Shown here piece after piece: positions 25,701-38,240 of a DNA stretch of 64,000 nt. The notes under the pieces are model-generated. The model was not told the DNA's origin. It did no database searches and worked only from the letters and a program-made list of their open reading frames with translations. The stretch's first letter is position 1, and every line of letters begins with the position of its first letter. The translations under genes were made by a program, and so were the position numbers. The stretch is taken from assembly GCF_028641065.1 (NCBI RefSeq), contig NC_073389.1:12338001-12402000 (forward strand), given 5' to 3'. This DNA comes from Leucoraja erinacea (lineage: Eukaryota).

Positions 25701-26299
25701 TGACCTATGTCGTTTGACCAAGTGGTTACACAATCTGTCCCGAACAAAACCATACTGGTTTGATCAGTTAACCCACTTCCTTTCAGATGACTAACAATCC
25801 TGAGTTTTAAAAAGGTGGCCCACTGACTAGCCTGAACTTGCTGGGCTTATACTTATTTGTATTACTTTTCAGTCCTCTGGCACCACCTATGCAGCCAAAG
25901 AACAGTACAAGATTCTGGTCAGTACTGGACAATAGGTCATTTGAGGGGCTGGTGCAGGGAGCAGGGATTTATATTTATAGTCAGTATGGTCAGTGATTTC
26001 CTCCCAAATTTGCTTGCCATGTGCCATCTTCAGTATCCTATGTGTTTAGTGTGGGGTTGTAGCAAACCTAAATATCTAGTACCTAGTTATCATAGAGTTG
26101 TGCTGCAGAGAAACAGGCCCAATGTCCTATTATGTCTTTTTTGCCCATCTCCCCAAATTTGTTTGAAGAAAGAACTGCAGATGCTGGTTCATACAAAAGA
26201 TAGAAGGGCCCGAACCCAAACTGTCACCTATCCTTTTTCTCCAGAGATGCTGCCTGACCGGCTGAGTTACACCAGCACTTTGTGTCTTTCCGCCAAACT

Positions 26300-27930
26300 T
26301 GTTTGTATGTATGGGTTCATATCCTTCAATGCCTTTTCCATTAAGTGCCTAAATGGCTCTTAAACATAGTGATGGTACCTGACTCTGGCAGAACATTCTA
26401 AATATCGACCACTCCGTGTAAAAACAAAAGTTGCCTCTCAAAGCTCCTTTAAAACTTTCACCTTAAACCCACATCTCTTGTTTTTGATATCACTACCATT
26501 AAAAATATCAAGAGTATCCATATATCTGGCATTTTTGTATACCTCCATTAAATCACCCCTCAGCATCCTTCAGTTCAGGGAACGCAAACCCAGGCCAAAC
26601 AATCGCTTCCCATAAGTTATGTCCACTAATTGAGGAAACATCGGGGATAGTCTTTTCTGCTCTCTCTTCAGAATAATCACATGCTTCATATAGTGTGTTG
26701 ACCAGAACAGCATACCTCCAAGTGGGAGCTAACCAAAGCTTCATAAAGTTACAAAATAATGTCCCAACATTTATATTCTGTGCTGCAATCTATAAAGAAA
26801 TGCACGCCATATGCTTTATTCGTCACCCTATCTATCCTAGTTGCCACTTTCAAGTCATAATGGACTTGAATCTCAAAGTTCCTTGGTACATCCTTGGTAC
26901 ACGGACATTCCTTAGTACTCTACAATTTACTGTATATGTCCTATCTCTATTTGACTTCCCAAAATGCATCACCTCGCACTTGTAGGGATTAAATTCCAAA
27001 GTTCAGCCCAACTTTCCATCTGATCTATATTCTGCTCCAGACTTAGACAACCTACCTCACTGTCCACAACTCCAGCAACCTTCAGCAAACTAGTTATGCC
27101 TCCTACATTCACATCCCGTTTGTTAATATAAAATCACAAAAATAAGGGTCCCAGTGCGGTAAACCACTGCTCACAGATTTTTAGTCAACCTTTGCCTCCT
27201 ATCACCAAGCCACTTTGGATCCAATTAGCCAGCTTCCTTTGGATTTCACGTGCCTTCACCTCCTTAACCAAAACACCAAAGACCTTGTCAAATGCCTTAT
27301 TAAAGCCTGTAAAGACAATGCCTCCCACTCTTCCTTCATCAATCTTCGCAGTTACCTCTTCAAAAAACTCAATCAAATGAATCAGGCCAGATTTCTCCCC
27401 TACAAAGCCATGTTGACTATCCACTAATCAACTACTGCCTTAGCAAATATATGTCTTATTTGTTAGGATCTTTACAAATAAATTTCCGATCACCAGCCAT
27501 CTGGATTATCTCTACTGCCCTTCGTAAATAAAGGAATAACATTTGTTATCTGTAGATTAGTGTCACTCATACTGTGGCTCAGCCCACAGGTTTATTAGAG
27601 AGCTCTCTGTCTTTCTCTCTCAGTTAGACTAGTTTTGCATGCTGAGATGAAAGCTCTTTGAGTTACCCCTGCAGAGTTGCTAATAAAAGACTATGGATTC
27701 TAATCACTTTGTGGGAGCTTGATCTTTATTCAACTATCCTCAAGTCTTCTGACACATCCCCTACAAATATGAAAAAATGACCCTCAGGGCTCTAGCTATC
27801 CCCATCCTTGCTTTCCATAGCAACCTGGGATAGATCTAATTTAGCCCTGAGGCTTCATTAACTCTGAGACAGCCTATGGCTTCTCACACTCCTCCTTCTC
27901 AATACTGACCTGCTTCAGATTATTTATGTA
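26300..27930 (-). mobile_element. Old CR1 copy, fragmented
   Basis: DSQHGFVGEKSGLIHLIEFFEEVT...FNKAFDKV, plus degenerate 3' sequence. Confidence 0.75.
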
Positions 27931-28097
27931 CCCATGCCGGAACTCACTATCTTCCGTCCCTCTCCTTGGCGAATACAGATGAGAAATATTAATGTAGGAT
28001 GCCACCACATCGCCGGTCTTCACTATAGATTAACTGCTTATTCCCTAATGGGATCCACTCTTTCCATGGCTATCCTCTTGCTCCTGATACACTGTTA

Positions 28098-28287
28098 TGC
28101 CACTGTCCCACTTAAGAAACCTGAACGGAAACCTCTGGAGAATTTGCGCCCCACCCAAGGTTTCCGTGCAGTTCCCTGAGGTTGCAGGTAGTACTGACAA
28201 AAACCTCTGGGAACCGCACGGAAACCTTGGGTGGGGCACAAAGTCTCTAGAGGTTTCCGTTCAGGTTTCCTAAGTGGGGCAGGGGCA
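28098..28287. mobile_element. Harbinger-type palindromic MITE
   Basis: About 80-bp TIR tgccactgtcccactta.../...taagtggggcaggggca, flanked by TTA/TAA. Confidence 0.85.
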
Positions 28288-28394
28288 TAAGAATCTCTTG
28301 GCATTCTCAATATTTTTAATAATGTCTTGGCATTCTCCGCAAAGGGAACTGATGGTCAATTCGCTAAAAAAAAAACACAATTCATGTATTTAGC

Positions 28395-28908
28395 AATGTT
28401 ACAAAATTTTGAGATTTTAAAAATTGTCTGCAATTTATCCCATCAGATAAAGCATAAAAATAAATTTAATTTGACACCTAATTCACTTTCATATCTTCAG
28501 TATTAAAAAGTCATGGCCATTTTCATACTCGGAAATTAGCATCTTGTTCCCTATTGATTTTCCATTGACTTAACACAAAAGCTGTGATCAAGAAATGTAA
28601 AAATAAACAACCTACCTTGCCTTGTCCCCTACATGAGATCCGTCCCGTTGTCGGCGTTCGCGACTTTAGAGGATGATTTTTAATCTACTATAACAATTAA
28701 ATCACCCAATTTAGTTTAAAAATAGTTGCAGCGAACGAACCTCGCAGCGATTTTTCATCAGCAACTAAGCAGGCTGAACAACTTTGATTTCAAAACCCTC
28801 GAGAAAATCGCGTTTTAAACCTGCCCCCCTCTCAAAGGCGCCAAAGTCGCGCACACGTGCAGCGGCAGAACTGCAGCACCGCTGAGGGTAAGTTTTGCAA
28901 CATACCTA
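28395..28908. mobile_element. Probable DNA-transposon remnant
   Basis: atgttacaaaa...ttttgcaacat inverted motif and a CpG-rich interior unlike the flanks. Superfamily not determined. Confidence 0.45.
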
Positions 28909-29019
28909 ATGTATTCATTACATACATTACACATCATACTAAAATCAATAAAACAATTATTCAGAATACATTCAAATAGATTTATCTGCAAACCTAGTTC
29001 AGTAAACACTCAAAATGGC

Positions 29020-29779
29020 ATAAGGAATTCCTAGTTTCATGTGTTTTATTATGTTTGAGGAGCATTTACAATTCATAAAGTCAATGAACCTAAAAACATA
29101 AAAATAGAATTTCTTCCAGCTTACAAAAGAAATATATTAGGCAACTTCTGATGTGCATTAAAGCCTGAAAATATGTACAAATATGAATACAGCAATAATA
29201 TAAGTACCATTGGACATATTGGTAGTAGAATGATTCTCTATGGTAGTTTGTAAAAGTTAATTATTCGAAGCCTGCTGCTCTTCATTTGTTCATATAAACA
29301 CCTGATTCACACCAATGTGGAAGCTGCATGATTACAAATTGGTAACCATATTTTGCCATATTCTGCACAGATAATATTTCCCAAAGAGATAGATGAAATC
29401 CACAGTTTTCTGTAAAAGGTACAAAGTAATTTTGTAACAGATATAGTAGCTTTGTTGAGTGAAACACCCATAATATAAACTAAAAATGAAATTATATTTT
29501 TGCACTGCCACGATAATAAATATCATACATTAAAGCCCTTTGTACAGGAAATTGTAGGAGTGTAGAATGAAGTCAAAAAATTGTTCATCATTTTGTCTGT
29601 TCAATCATATAATTCTTAATACAGGTGGATGGAAGTCTGGCTTCTGAATTATTCCAACTACCTCCATGTGTATATCCATCGAAATATTCAAAGGAATCAT
29701 CTCCATGGTAATTAATATGTCATGATGAATCAGCACTAAATGTGCCTGATGGGCATACGTGAAGAAACATGTCTGCATC
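29020..29779 (-). other. TIAM1: Probable TIAM1 3'UTR
   Basis: AT-rich, repeat-free sequence after the stop codon, ending near an AATAAA with a downstream GT-rich tract. The end point is inferred. Confidence 0.6.
29045..29050 (-). terminator. Candidate polyadenylation signal AATAAA
   Basis: tttatt on the + strand. On the minus strand it is followed about 27 nt later by TTTTGAGTGTTT, which resembles a downstream element. Confidence 0.55.
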
Positions 29780-30267
29780 TTAGTTTTCATCATTTTCTTT
29801 TTTTATTGAATTGAAGTCTTCACGTTTTACCCAGATTACTTCTGCTACATTGTTTTCCACAATGCCATTAGCTCCAGCTGCAGGTCTTTGCTTCATAGCA
29901 AATCTCATCTTTGATGGTGAGCTGTCTGGTGTCCTATTCGTGGATAGTTTGCCATTCTCGTTATGTCCATCTTTTGTGAAGCTGATTGCTTTTAGCTGCT
30001 CTTGTAAATCTTTTGACAATGACAAACTTTTCACCGACTGGCAATACTCATCATCGTCACTTAGAATATCGGTCTCTTTAACGTCTCCCTGTTCCTCATA
30101 CTTGGCAAGGTCAAACTGCTCCTCCACCCAGCGATCAGTGTCGTTGCTGGTCACCGATGACTGCAAAGTCGCATTATTTTGGCTGCGTCCAAACAGGTCA
30201 TCTGCATCAATTGTGAATCTGTTCCTGGATAGTCTTTTTTTACCAAGGCTTCTGCAAGGTACTGAAA
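29780..30267 (-). CDS. TIAM1: TIAM1 last coding exon (VSVPCRSLGKKRLSRNRFTID...DTDRWVEEQFDL...KETDILSDDDEYC...EVIWVKREDFNSIKKENDEN*)
   Basis: 488 nt from ttttaag|TT (phase 1) to TAA. Carries the TIAM1 C-terminal motifs RNRFTID, WVEEQFDL, DILSDDDE and VIWV.REDF. Confidence 0.94.
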
Positions 30268-31691
30268 CTTAAAAAGGGATAAGAATGCTTAGAATTAGAT
30301 GCTGCAATTATCAGAAGCAGAACTGAAAATACGCTGTTTGTCCTAAACGTTAGTTGTCCTTAGAATTGAACAAAGCAAGGGTTTTCTCTTGACTATAATG
30401 CTGATGATCATTTTGTGTATTCAGACATCATTGTACATGTAGGACAATGTTAACTCATGTAAAATATATGGAGCAATGATGTCAATAAAAAAGTACTAGA
30501 GGTAATGACTAAGTGTTCATCCAAATGTCATTTCAGCACAACAGATTTTGTAAAGATCAGATATTGGCCTGAATCATGCTGTCTGGCAGATGGTACTTCT
30601 GTTGGGATCCAGCAGCTATCAAGTGTTTGAGCCTCAGTGCTTCTCCAACCTTTGTGGATATTTACTGAAAGGGAGAAGTTGAACATGAGCACTACCTGCA
30701 TCTGACACCTGCCACACCACTGGCTTCACCAATGACTCCAGCGGCAGAGTAGGGATGTAACTAACAGAGAGGTAAGATGCATTGTCCATCCTGCCCTCAG
30801 CCTTGTGCTGAAAAGGTGCAAAATCAGTGGTGACCCATTCAGGTTAGGGGTCATCACCCTAAGGACAAACTGAAGTGCGAGAATTTAAAAAGCCAAGTGC
30901 TGGAGGAACTCAGCGGGTCAGGCAGCATCTGTGGAAGGAAATGGACCTACTATGTTTTGGGTTGGGTCTCCTCTTCAGATTGAACATTTTAACCCAATAC
31001 ATTGTCTGCCCATTTCCCAAATACAGCTGCAGCCTGACCCTCTGAGAACCTCTAACAGTTTGTTTTTTGCTCAAAATTTCAGCATCTGCAGTTTCTTCTT
31101 CATGAGTTTGAATGACTTTATTAGTTCATTTCAACATTTTAATCATGTTAATATTGTAATATATTTTCACTATATTTTTAATCCTTTATCTCTAGAGTCT
31201 AAATATTTAAAAAAAAGTTACAAATATCAGGTGCAGAGGGATAGCTTGTCAGCCCTCTTAATCTGAACAAAGTATGTGCAGGCACAGATAATGTCTGGCC
31301 TGCTGAGCAGTTCCAGCATTTAAATTCAGATTATCAGTATTTGTAGTATTTTGCTTTTGAATGCAGTTTCATTAAACACATTTTCATCATGTTCTTTTGC
31401 AAATTAATTGAACTGTTTCACAATCACCTTTGAGTTTAGGCATTTGATCCTGGTGTCAAATGCTACAATTTGTGTTTTATCTACGTGTTTTTAAGGTATA
31501 TGTCACAATATAAAATATCTAAGAAAGACAAACCGTGAGAAAAGTATCATAAGTTTGTGACAGGATGTACATAGTTAAGGAATAAAGATACATTCCAAAG
31601 TAATTTCATAAATACAGAATAATGCACCAACACCTGTGCCATGTGGCATTACTAATAATGTTTATCTTGCTAGATACCCTGGAATGCTTAC

Positions 31692-31864
31692 CAGCTCGGT
31701 CCACAACTGGTCTTGCTCCCTTTAGTGCACATAGTCGTTTTCCTCCAAAAGGCATGTATTGCTGAGATTGAGGCAAGCTTTCAGTTTTGAGAAGCTGCCT
31801 TCGCTGTTTATCACGAAGAATAGACTGAACCGCTTTGGTAAAATCCCGCTTGTTCTCAGGAGTA
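31692..31864 (-). CDS. TIAM1: TIAM1 coding exon (STPENKRDFTKAVQSILRDKQRRQLLKTESLPQSQQYMPFGGKRLCALKGARPVVDRA)
   Basis: 173 nt, tttcag|T...GCTG|gtaag, phase 2-1. A 100-bp intron lies upstream. Confidence 0.96.
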
Positions 31865-31964
31865 CTGAAAATTTCCAGAACAGCGTAAATTTCATGAAGA
31901 CAATTAAAAATCAAATCTATATTCTTGGCACACACTGCAAATCGGGTGTTAGGTAAATAGCTAC

Positions 31965-32052
31965 CTGCTGCAGAAGTGAAAGGTTGTCTCTGGTCTTCCT
32001 TCTGATTCAGATTTAGTGTGAACAACTTCGAAGACACAGTCAGTCTCTGCAT
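31965..32052 (-). CDS. TIAM1: TIAM1 coding exon (PH; DAETDCVFEVVHTKSESEGRPETTFHFCS)
   Basis: 88 nt, ttgtag|AT...GCAG|gtagc, phase 1-2. Contains the KSESEGRPE motif. Confidence 0.95.
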
Positions 32053-34222
32053 CTACAAATAAAAACACATCAAGGCACAGGATAATGAATTATACATATG
32101 AAGGAGGTACTCAGCTTTAAACAATTTCACAGACATAGAGGACAATACAAAATAAAGTTTAAACCACAATGACGATGGGATTTAATCATTTTAAATCTTG
32201 TTCACATAATTACACATTAGCAAAAATTCTCAAGCTTGCTTCTGTGTGCCTGTGCAATGTCAGCATCCAATAACCATCTGAGTGTTTAAACCTCTTTGTT
32301 CATGTATTCCTGCTGCAAGTAAGAATTTCATTCTGTTTTCTGAGGATATAACAATTAAATTCTCCTGATTCTCTGAAACATGGCAATTTGTTCAGGAAAA
32401 TCAATGATTTGCTATCAACCTACTTGGTTTTAATCCTTTTAAGTTCAGCATCATCATTCAGTGAAATATTACTCATTACCCTATTGTATGAGGCACAGGA
32501 TGTGGTAGAATTTCCAGCGGATCAGATCGAGTTAATCCTTTCCCACCTACTTTATGAATGCAGCCTTACTCAGTGGCTTGTCATCGAGTTCATTTCTTGT
32601 GAAAAACTAGATGAAAACGATAGCAATTTGCATTTGTAGATCTTTCAGTGTGGTATTCCATCGAAGAAGTTTCACAAAGAAGACAATCTGAAAAGTGAAG
32701 ACCCTGTGTCCCAGTTTGAGTCGCAGAAACTAGTTTAAAGGGGACCTTTTAAGCTGGAGTCAAGTGTTAAGGAATTCCGAATCGTAAACAAACACATCTG
32801 AGAGAATCTGTCATGAATGATGGAGCAGCATGAGGCTGCAAGCATGGACAACAAGGATCAGAGGCTTAGTTGGGATGCAAGCCTAGAAGAAGCTCAAGAA
32901 TGAAAAATCCTTAAGGGATTTGAATACAATAACAAATTTGCCGTAACGAATTGTTAGGTAATAATCTACTCACAAAAAATAATGATTAAATCAAACAGTG
33001 TTTTCCAACTCATTTCAACCACACCTACCTATTCTCAATATGGTGTCATGTTGGCCACAGATTTGGTAGATTTTTATGAAATGAAATGTCACATCTACAA
33101 CTGAGCTTTCTTCCTTCATCCATTAATTTTAATGTCTGTAGGAGATCCAGACAATATTCACACTATATTTGTAAACGACTGAAGTATGAGTAAGTGGTAT
33201 CTATCCTGTGTTGGAAGGAAATTTGCACCGAAGATATGGGTACAGGATGTAGTAGAAATGTTTCCTGTTGTTGTAGAAGGAATGGGTGATGTTTCGGGTC
33301 GAGACCCTTCTTCAAAGTCTTCAGAAGCTGTCACCCATTCCTTCTATCTAGAGATGCAGCCTGTCCTGCTGAGTTACTCCAGCGTTTTGTGACTATCGTT
33401 GGTATCTATCCTGGCTGGAGAGTTTAGAACTTGGGTGTATAGTCTCAGTATTAGGTTTAGGCCTCTTAGGAATTCTACACCAGAGTTTTCTATCCTTATG
33501 CTCTGTGAGTGCACAATACAGTAACATTCTGATAATCCACTATCCGTTTCTTCGGAAATATTGATGTTTGGCAGCTGGCTCACGGGGTGTTTATTCCCTC
33601 TTCCCTTTAGTAAAATGAGCTCCAGTTCCCACTCTTAATTTAGCACACGAGGGGCCACAGTTCCTATACTCCCTTTGATACATTGTGGCTTCAGTTCCTG
33701 CATTCTGTATAAACCCATGGGGTCCAATTTGCACATTCTGGTTAACCATATCAGGCTCACTGGAAAAGGTATTAATCTACTATGTAACATCTGAAATTAA
33801 ATATATTAATATTCATTAATCTGTAAGATTTTCCTAACAACCAATGCACTAGGAAATTTGACAATCCAGCATCACCATAGTCCGAAGTGTGCTGGATGAA
33901 TGCAGTTTTACTGTATATTCATCTGTATATTTGAGGTTCATTTCAATAGAGCTTTGATCAATGGATTTTAGAAATCTATAAGAATTCACAAATAGGATTC
34001 AGTCAAAAAAAGTGGTCAAACATTACACATGGGCGCATGAGTACATAACCAAGTGCTTAGGATGCATTTTGTAACAAGTTCATTATAGATGAGAAAGTAT
34101 ATTAAACCAGTTCGGATCTTGAAATAATTAATGTTCTATACTATTATATAGGTAAAGAATATAGTTAACAAATAAGTATTTATTCTACCAAAGTTACAAA
34201 AGTATTAATTATTTCCTTACAT

Positions 34223-34240
34223 TGCCACCAGAGGGTGTGC
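34223..34240 (+). promoter_or_regulatory. Candidate CTCF site (intronic)
   Basis: tgCCACCAGAGGGTGtgc, the core motif with a CpG-to-TG change. Confidence 0.4.
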
Positions 34241-34414
34241 AATTTAATTATCAGTTTTCTCCATCCAATCAGCCGTAGTTGATACAATTATTGGAACAGA
34301 GTTCAAAACAATCACTTCAATTCTATTCTTCTGCTATTCAGTCTTCCTACAGGCCATTAAATCCTGTTGCAAAATTTTCTTGATGGGAGGAGGCTCAGGT
34401 TGGGAGTGGAGAAT

Positions 34415-34870
34415 TATTTTTCAGATCGAGGCCTCTGAGCAGTGGTGTGCCACAGGGATCGGTGCTGGGTTCTCTTTGTTTTTTATATACATCAATGATT
34501 TATATGGCATGGTTGGTAAATTTGCAGATGACACTAAACTACTAATCTGGTGGATTTAGAAGAAGGTTTACAGTAGGATATAGATCAACGGGGGAAGTAG
34601 GCAACAAAATGGCAGATGGAATTTAACTTGGACAAGTGCAAAGTGATGTATTTTTGGAACTTAAACAAGGCCAGGACAAAACAGTGAATGGCAGGATCCT
34701 GGGGAATGTTATTGAACAGAGAAACAACGGCGGTACAAGCACTTAGTTCCCTGAAAACTGGGGCACAAGTAGACAGAGTAGTGAAGAAGGCACACGGTAT
34801 GCGTGCCTTCATTAGCCAGAATGCTGAGTATAAGTGATGGGCTACCATGCTACAGCTGTACAAAACGCTG
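34415..34870 (+). mobile_element. Old CR1 RT fragment
   Basis: SGVPQGSVLG, KFADDTK and WQMEFNLDKCKVM coding motifs. Confidence 0.8.
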
Positions 34871-35825
34871 TATATCTTTGATTTAAACCAGCATCTGCAG
34901 TTCCTTCTGCCAAATAAAACTAATCCCATATTAATCCCATTTCATAACCCCACATTCTCATCAACTCCTGCTAGATTCCACCATTTACCTACATACTAGG
35001 AGCAATTTGGAATGGCAAATTAACCTACCAATAGGCATGTTGCAAGAACTTTTGAGGCAACTGCTATACAAGCTGTGCCGTTCCGCTGTCCTAAAACAGT
35101 GCAAGAGTTGAACAACATATTTTGATCATAACAGCTGCTATAACATTGGGACATTTGAAAAAGTTTAGCTGAAATACTTGTCAAGGTTCACTGCTTATTA
35201 AAAAAAGGTTTTACTTTAATACCAACCAAAGCAGGTGGAACACTTGTAAGAATATGGAGAGTCAGAATTCCTGCATGTGAAAATTAAGTTAGAGTGAGCA
35301 AAAATAATCCCTACAATATAACATGATTAAGAGGAACATGGAGAGAATGGAGGGATTTGGATCATGTGCAGGCAGATGAGATGAGTTTAACTTGACATTA
35401 TGTTCAGCACAGACAATGTGGACTGAAGAGCTTGTTCACATGCTGTGCGTTCTATGTTCTATAAGATGATCTTAAGATTTAATAATTAATTGTTTCCACT
35501 TTATCTCTGTAATGGAAACATACCTCTACAAATACGTTCTACAATGTCAATAAAAGATAAACTCTGCAGGGACGAATATGTTTTCTCAAAGTTTTCCTTG
35601 TAAATTTAATTATTATCAATTAGTGGAAACTTAAGAGACCTGGCGATACAATCTAAATTAACAAACGCAAATGGCATCCACAATAAATGTTTGCACAATA
35701 ATCCAGCACTCTACCACAGGATATTAAAGGCTAAACTGGTTTTGTGGAAGCTCATTTCCCAACATGGAGACCCATTTCAACTATCTTATTAAATGTGGAT
35801 TAAGATAAAAATTAAACATTTGTAC

Positions 35826-35931
35826 CTGTAGAGGTTACTGATCGAATTTGCAAAGCTTGTGTGGGAATCATATGGCGAAATCGGAAAGGATCACGATCAT
35901 CGGAAACAGTCACCCTCTGGGAAATGTTTCC
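35826..35931 (-). CDS. TIAM1: TIAM1 coding exon (PH; GNISQRVTVSDDRDPFRFRHMIPTQALQIRSVTST)
   Basis: 106 nt, aatag|GGA...ACAG|gtaca, phase 0-1. Contains the DPFRFRHMIPT motif. Confidence 0.93.
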
Positions 35932-37273
35932 CTATTGCATGTGGAATAAATTACGTCATTTATAGCAATTTTACAAGGAGCAAATGAAGATTTATACAAC
36001 AGATGTTCAAGTAGTTAATGACCAGCTGTAATTAAATAAAATTATCTTAAAGAGATACAGACGTGTGGTAACACTTTCATAACTAAAGTTATAACTTAGT
36101 TTTTTAATATATTTTATTAGAACCCAAACAAGTATGGCAGTACCGATAGAATTTCTCAATGCCCACATAAAATAATGGCAAGTCTATGACATTTTGATCT
36201 CATTTTATCTTTGGTTCAAAATTTGTTACATTTTTCATTACAAAGTGTCATCAAATGTCAGACTTTGTGCCACCCTAATGCAGGTATACCTCCCTAGATT
36301 TGCATCAATTCAGACTTTGTTCCAGCAATATAATAACTGATGGGAAAATATTCTTCTCAAGTTAATGACTCTCCCTCCCAACCCATCGATTGACATTTAG
36401 AAGATGGGATCACTAATTGAGGGTCTATAATCCAAGTGGCTGTGTGGGTAGGTCAGGATATGGAGTGGTGCAGATTGTGAGCTGTGGGTAGTATTGGTTG
36501 CTCCCATGGTTCGGAGGGAGGTTAGGGGTAAGTGGTTGGCCTGAGGGAGAGCTGAGAATTAAAGCCTCTGACCAAAGTAAGGCCCAAGCTCCACATGGGA
36601 TCTGCTTAGAGAGGTGTCCTCTGCAAGTTAAATGAAAAGCAGTTAACTAAAATGAGTGAACCTGGAAACCTAAAATAAAAGCATACTATGCAGGAAACAC
36701 TCTGCAGATTAGACAGCATCTGGAAGGTAGAAATAGAGTTTATGTTTAAGGCTGACTTGAAATCCAATGATGCTGCGAGATCTGCTTTGCAATTTCAGTA
36801 CTTTCTCTTTCGATTCCTTCTACATAATGCTGAAAACAGGTGAAAAGGCGTTAGGAGTGGTCTGTGGGCTGGGTGAGCCTCGAAATTATGGAAATAGCTT
36901 CCAGATATATTCTGGGTTCTTGGTGAATTGGTGCATGAGGTCACAAGTAGGATTTGGATCAAAAGTCCCAAACTTTTGATGGACGTAAAATGAATCAAAC
37001 CATGGCACTAAAATGTGGCATTAACAAATGTGTGAAACAAACCAAACCCATCATTTATCTAATGGGTCTATATTGTTCTTTAACCTAGTGATACCAGTAT
37101 ATTGTCTTGCAACACTATTGTGAGAAATTTCTAAACCGAGTTTTTAAAATCAAAAACAAAAGTGTTGCTATTTAAATTATTTTAATTTTATAGTTAATTG
37201 TTCAAAATAATGTATCTAAAGTAAAATGTTGTCTCTCGTAAAACATTTACTGTATTCATGATAGAAATCTTAC

Positions 37274-37332
37274 CAGTTTCCTTTTCTGTTTAAAACCATC
37301 TTTATAGATAAGAACAACTGCAGCTTTGAACA
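37274..37332 (-). CDS. TIAM1: TIAM1 coding exon (PH; VFKAAVVLIYKDGFKQKRKL)
   Basis: 59 nt, ttctag|TG...CTG|gtaag, phase 1-0. Matches TIAM1 VFKTAVVLVYKDGSKQKKKL. Confidence 0.94.
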
Positions 37333-37592
37333 CTAGAAACAATGAACATGAAATAACATTTAAAGAAAATATGCTGTGCTTTAAACATATAACTGCGTAT
37401 CTGCAACCATTGTGACTTATTAATCAATGCAAACTGGCTCTGAATGTACATAAATGTAAAACAGTTTTTTTTTAGCACTCCGGAGCCCAAGTTGTTATCT
37501 GCTGCTTTCAATTTCCCCCAAATATTATACAAATATAGCACCAATGGTTATCACACTCATTTACATTTCTAAAGCTTGAATAAACACCGTAC

Positions 37593-37701
37593 CAAAAGCT
37601 GCCAATTCGGGGTCTTTTTTGCACTTTCCAAAGTATGATGGTGGATTGAGCCAACTAATTGTCGAATGAAGAAGAAGATCTCCCATTGATAGGTCCCCAA
37701 C
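37593..37701 (-). CDS. TIAM1: TIAM1 coding exon (C-terminal PH; VGDLSMGDLLLHSTISWLNPPSYFGKCKKDPELAAF)
   Basis: 109 nt, tttacag|GTT...TTTG|gtacg, phase 0-1. Confidence 0.95.
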
Positions 37702-37963
37702 CTGTAAAAATCAGAGACATCTGAATAACACCCACACATAAGACAATGATTCATTATTTTGGAGTCTGAAATAGGGTCTCAAAACAAAACGTTACCTATA
37801 CATTTTTTTTTTCCGGGGATGCTGCCTGATCCGCTCTTTGTATTCTTTAGTGCATTAAACTGGATTTGCACTATTTTCTAGTTCTTTATTTCTACACTAT
37901 TTTGGAATATCTTTGCAACCTCATTAGCTTAGTTCAAATTTGAATGAGAAAATGCATTTAAGT

Positions 37964-38240
37964 AGACAACAGACAATAGACAACAGGTGCAGGAGTAGGT
38001 CATTTGGCCCTTCGAGCCATTCAATGTGATCATGGTTGATCATCCCCAATCAGTACCCCGTTCCTGCCTTTTCCCCATATCCCCTGACTGCGCTATCTGT
38101 AAGAGCCCTATCTAGCTCTCTTTTGAAAGTATCCAGAGAACCGGCCTCCACTGCCCTCTGAGGCAGAGAATTCCACAGACAAGTCTGTGAGAAAAAGTGT
38201 TTCCTTGTCTCCATTCTAAATGGCTTACCCCTTATTCTTA
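37964..38240 (-). mobile_element. CR1 3' fragment
   Basis: Same 3'UTR and tail as 1385-1670. Confidence 0.88.

Noticed and set aside
29811-30272. 153-aa plus-strand ORF
   Set aside because: Antisense shadow of the TIAM1 last exon.
31606-32052. 148-aa ORF as a single coding unit
   Set aside because: It reads through two TIAM1 exons in different frames and two introns; only the spliced exons are real.
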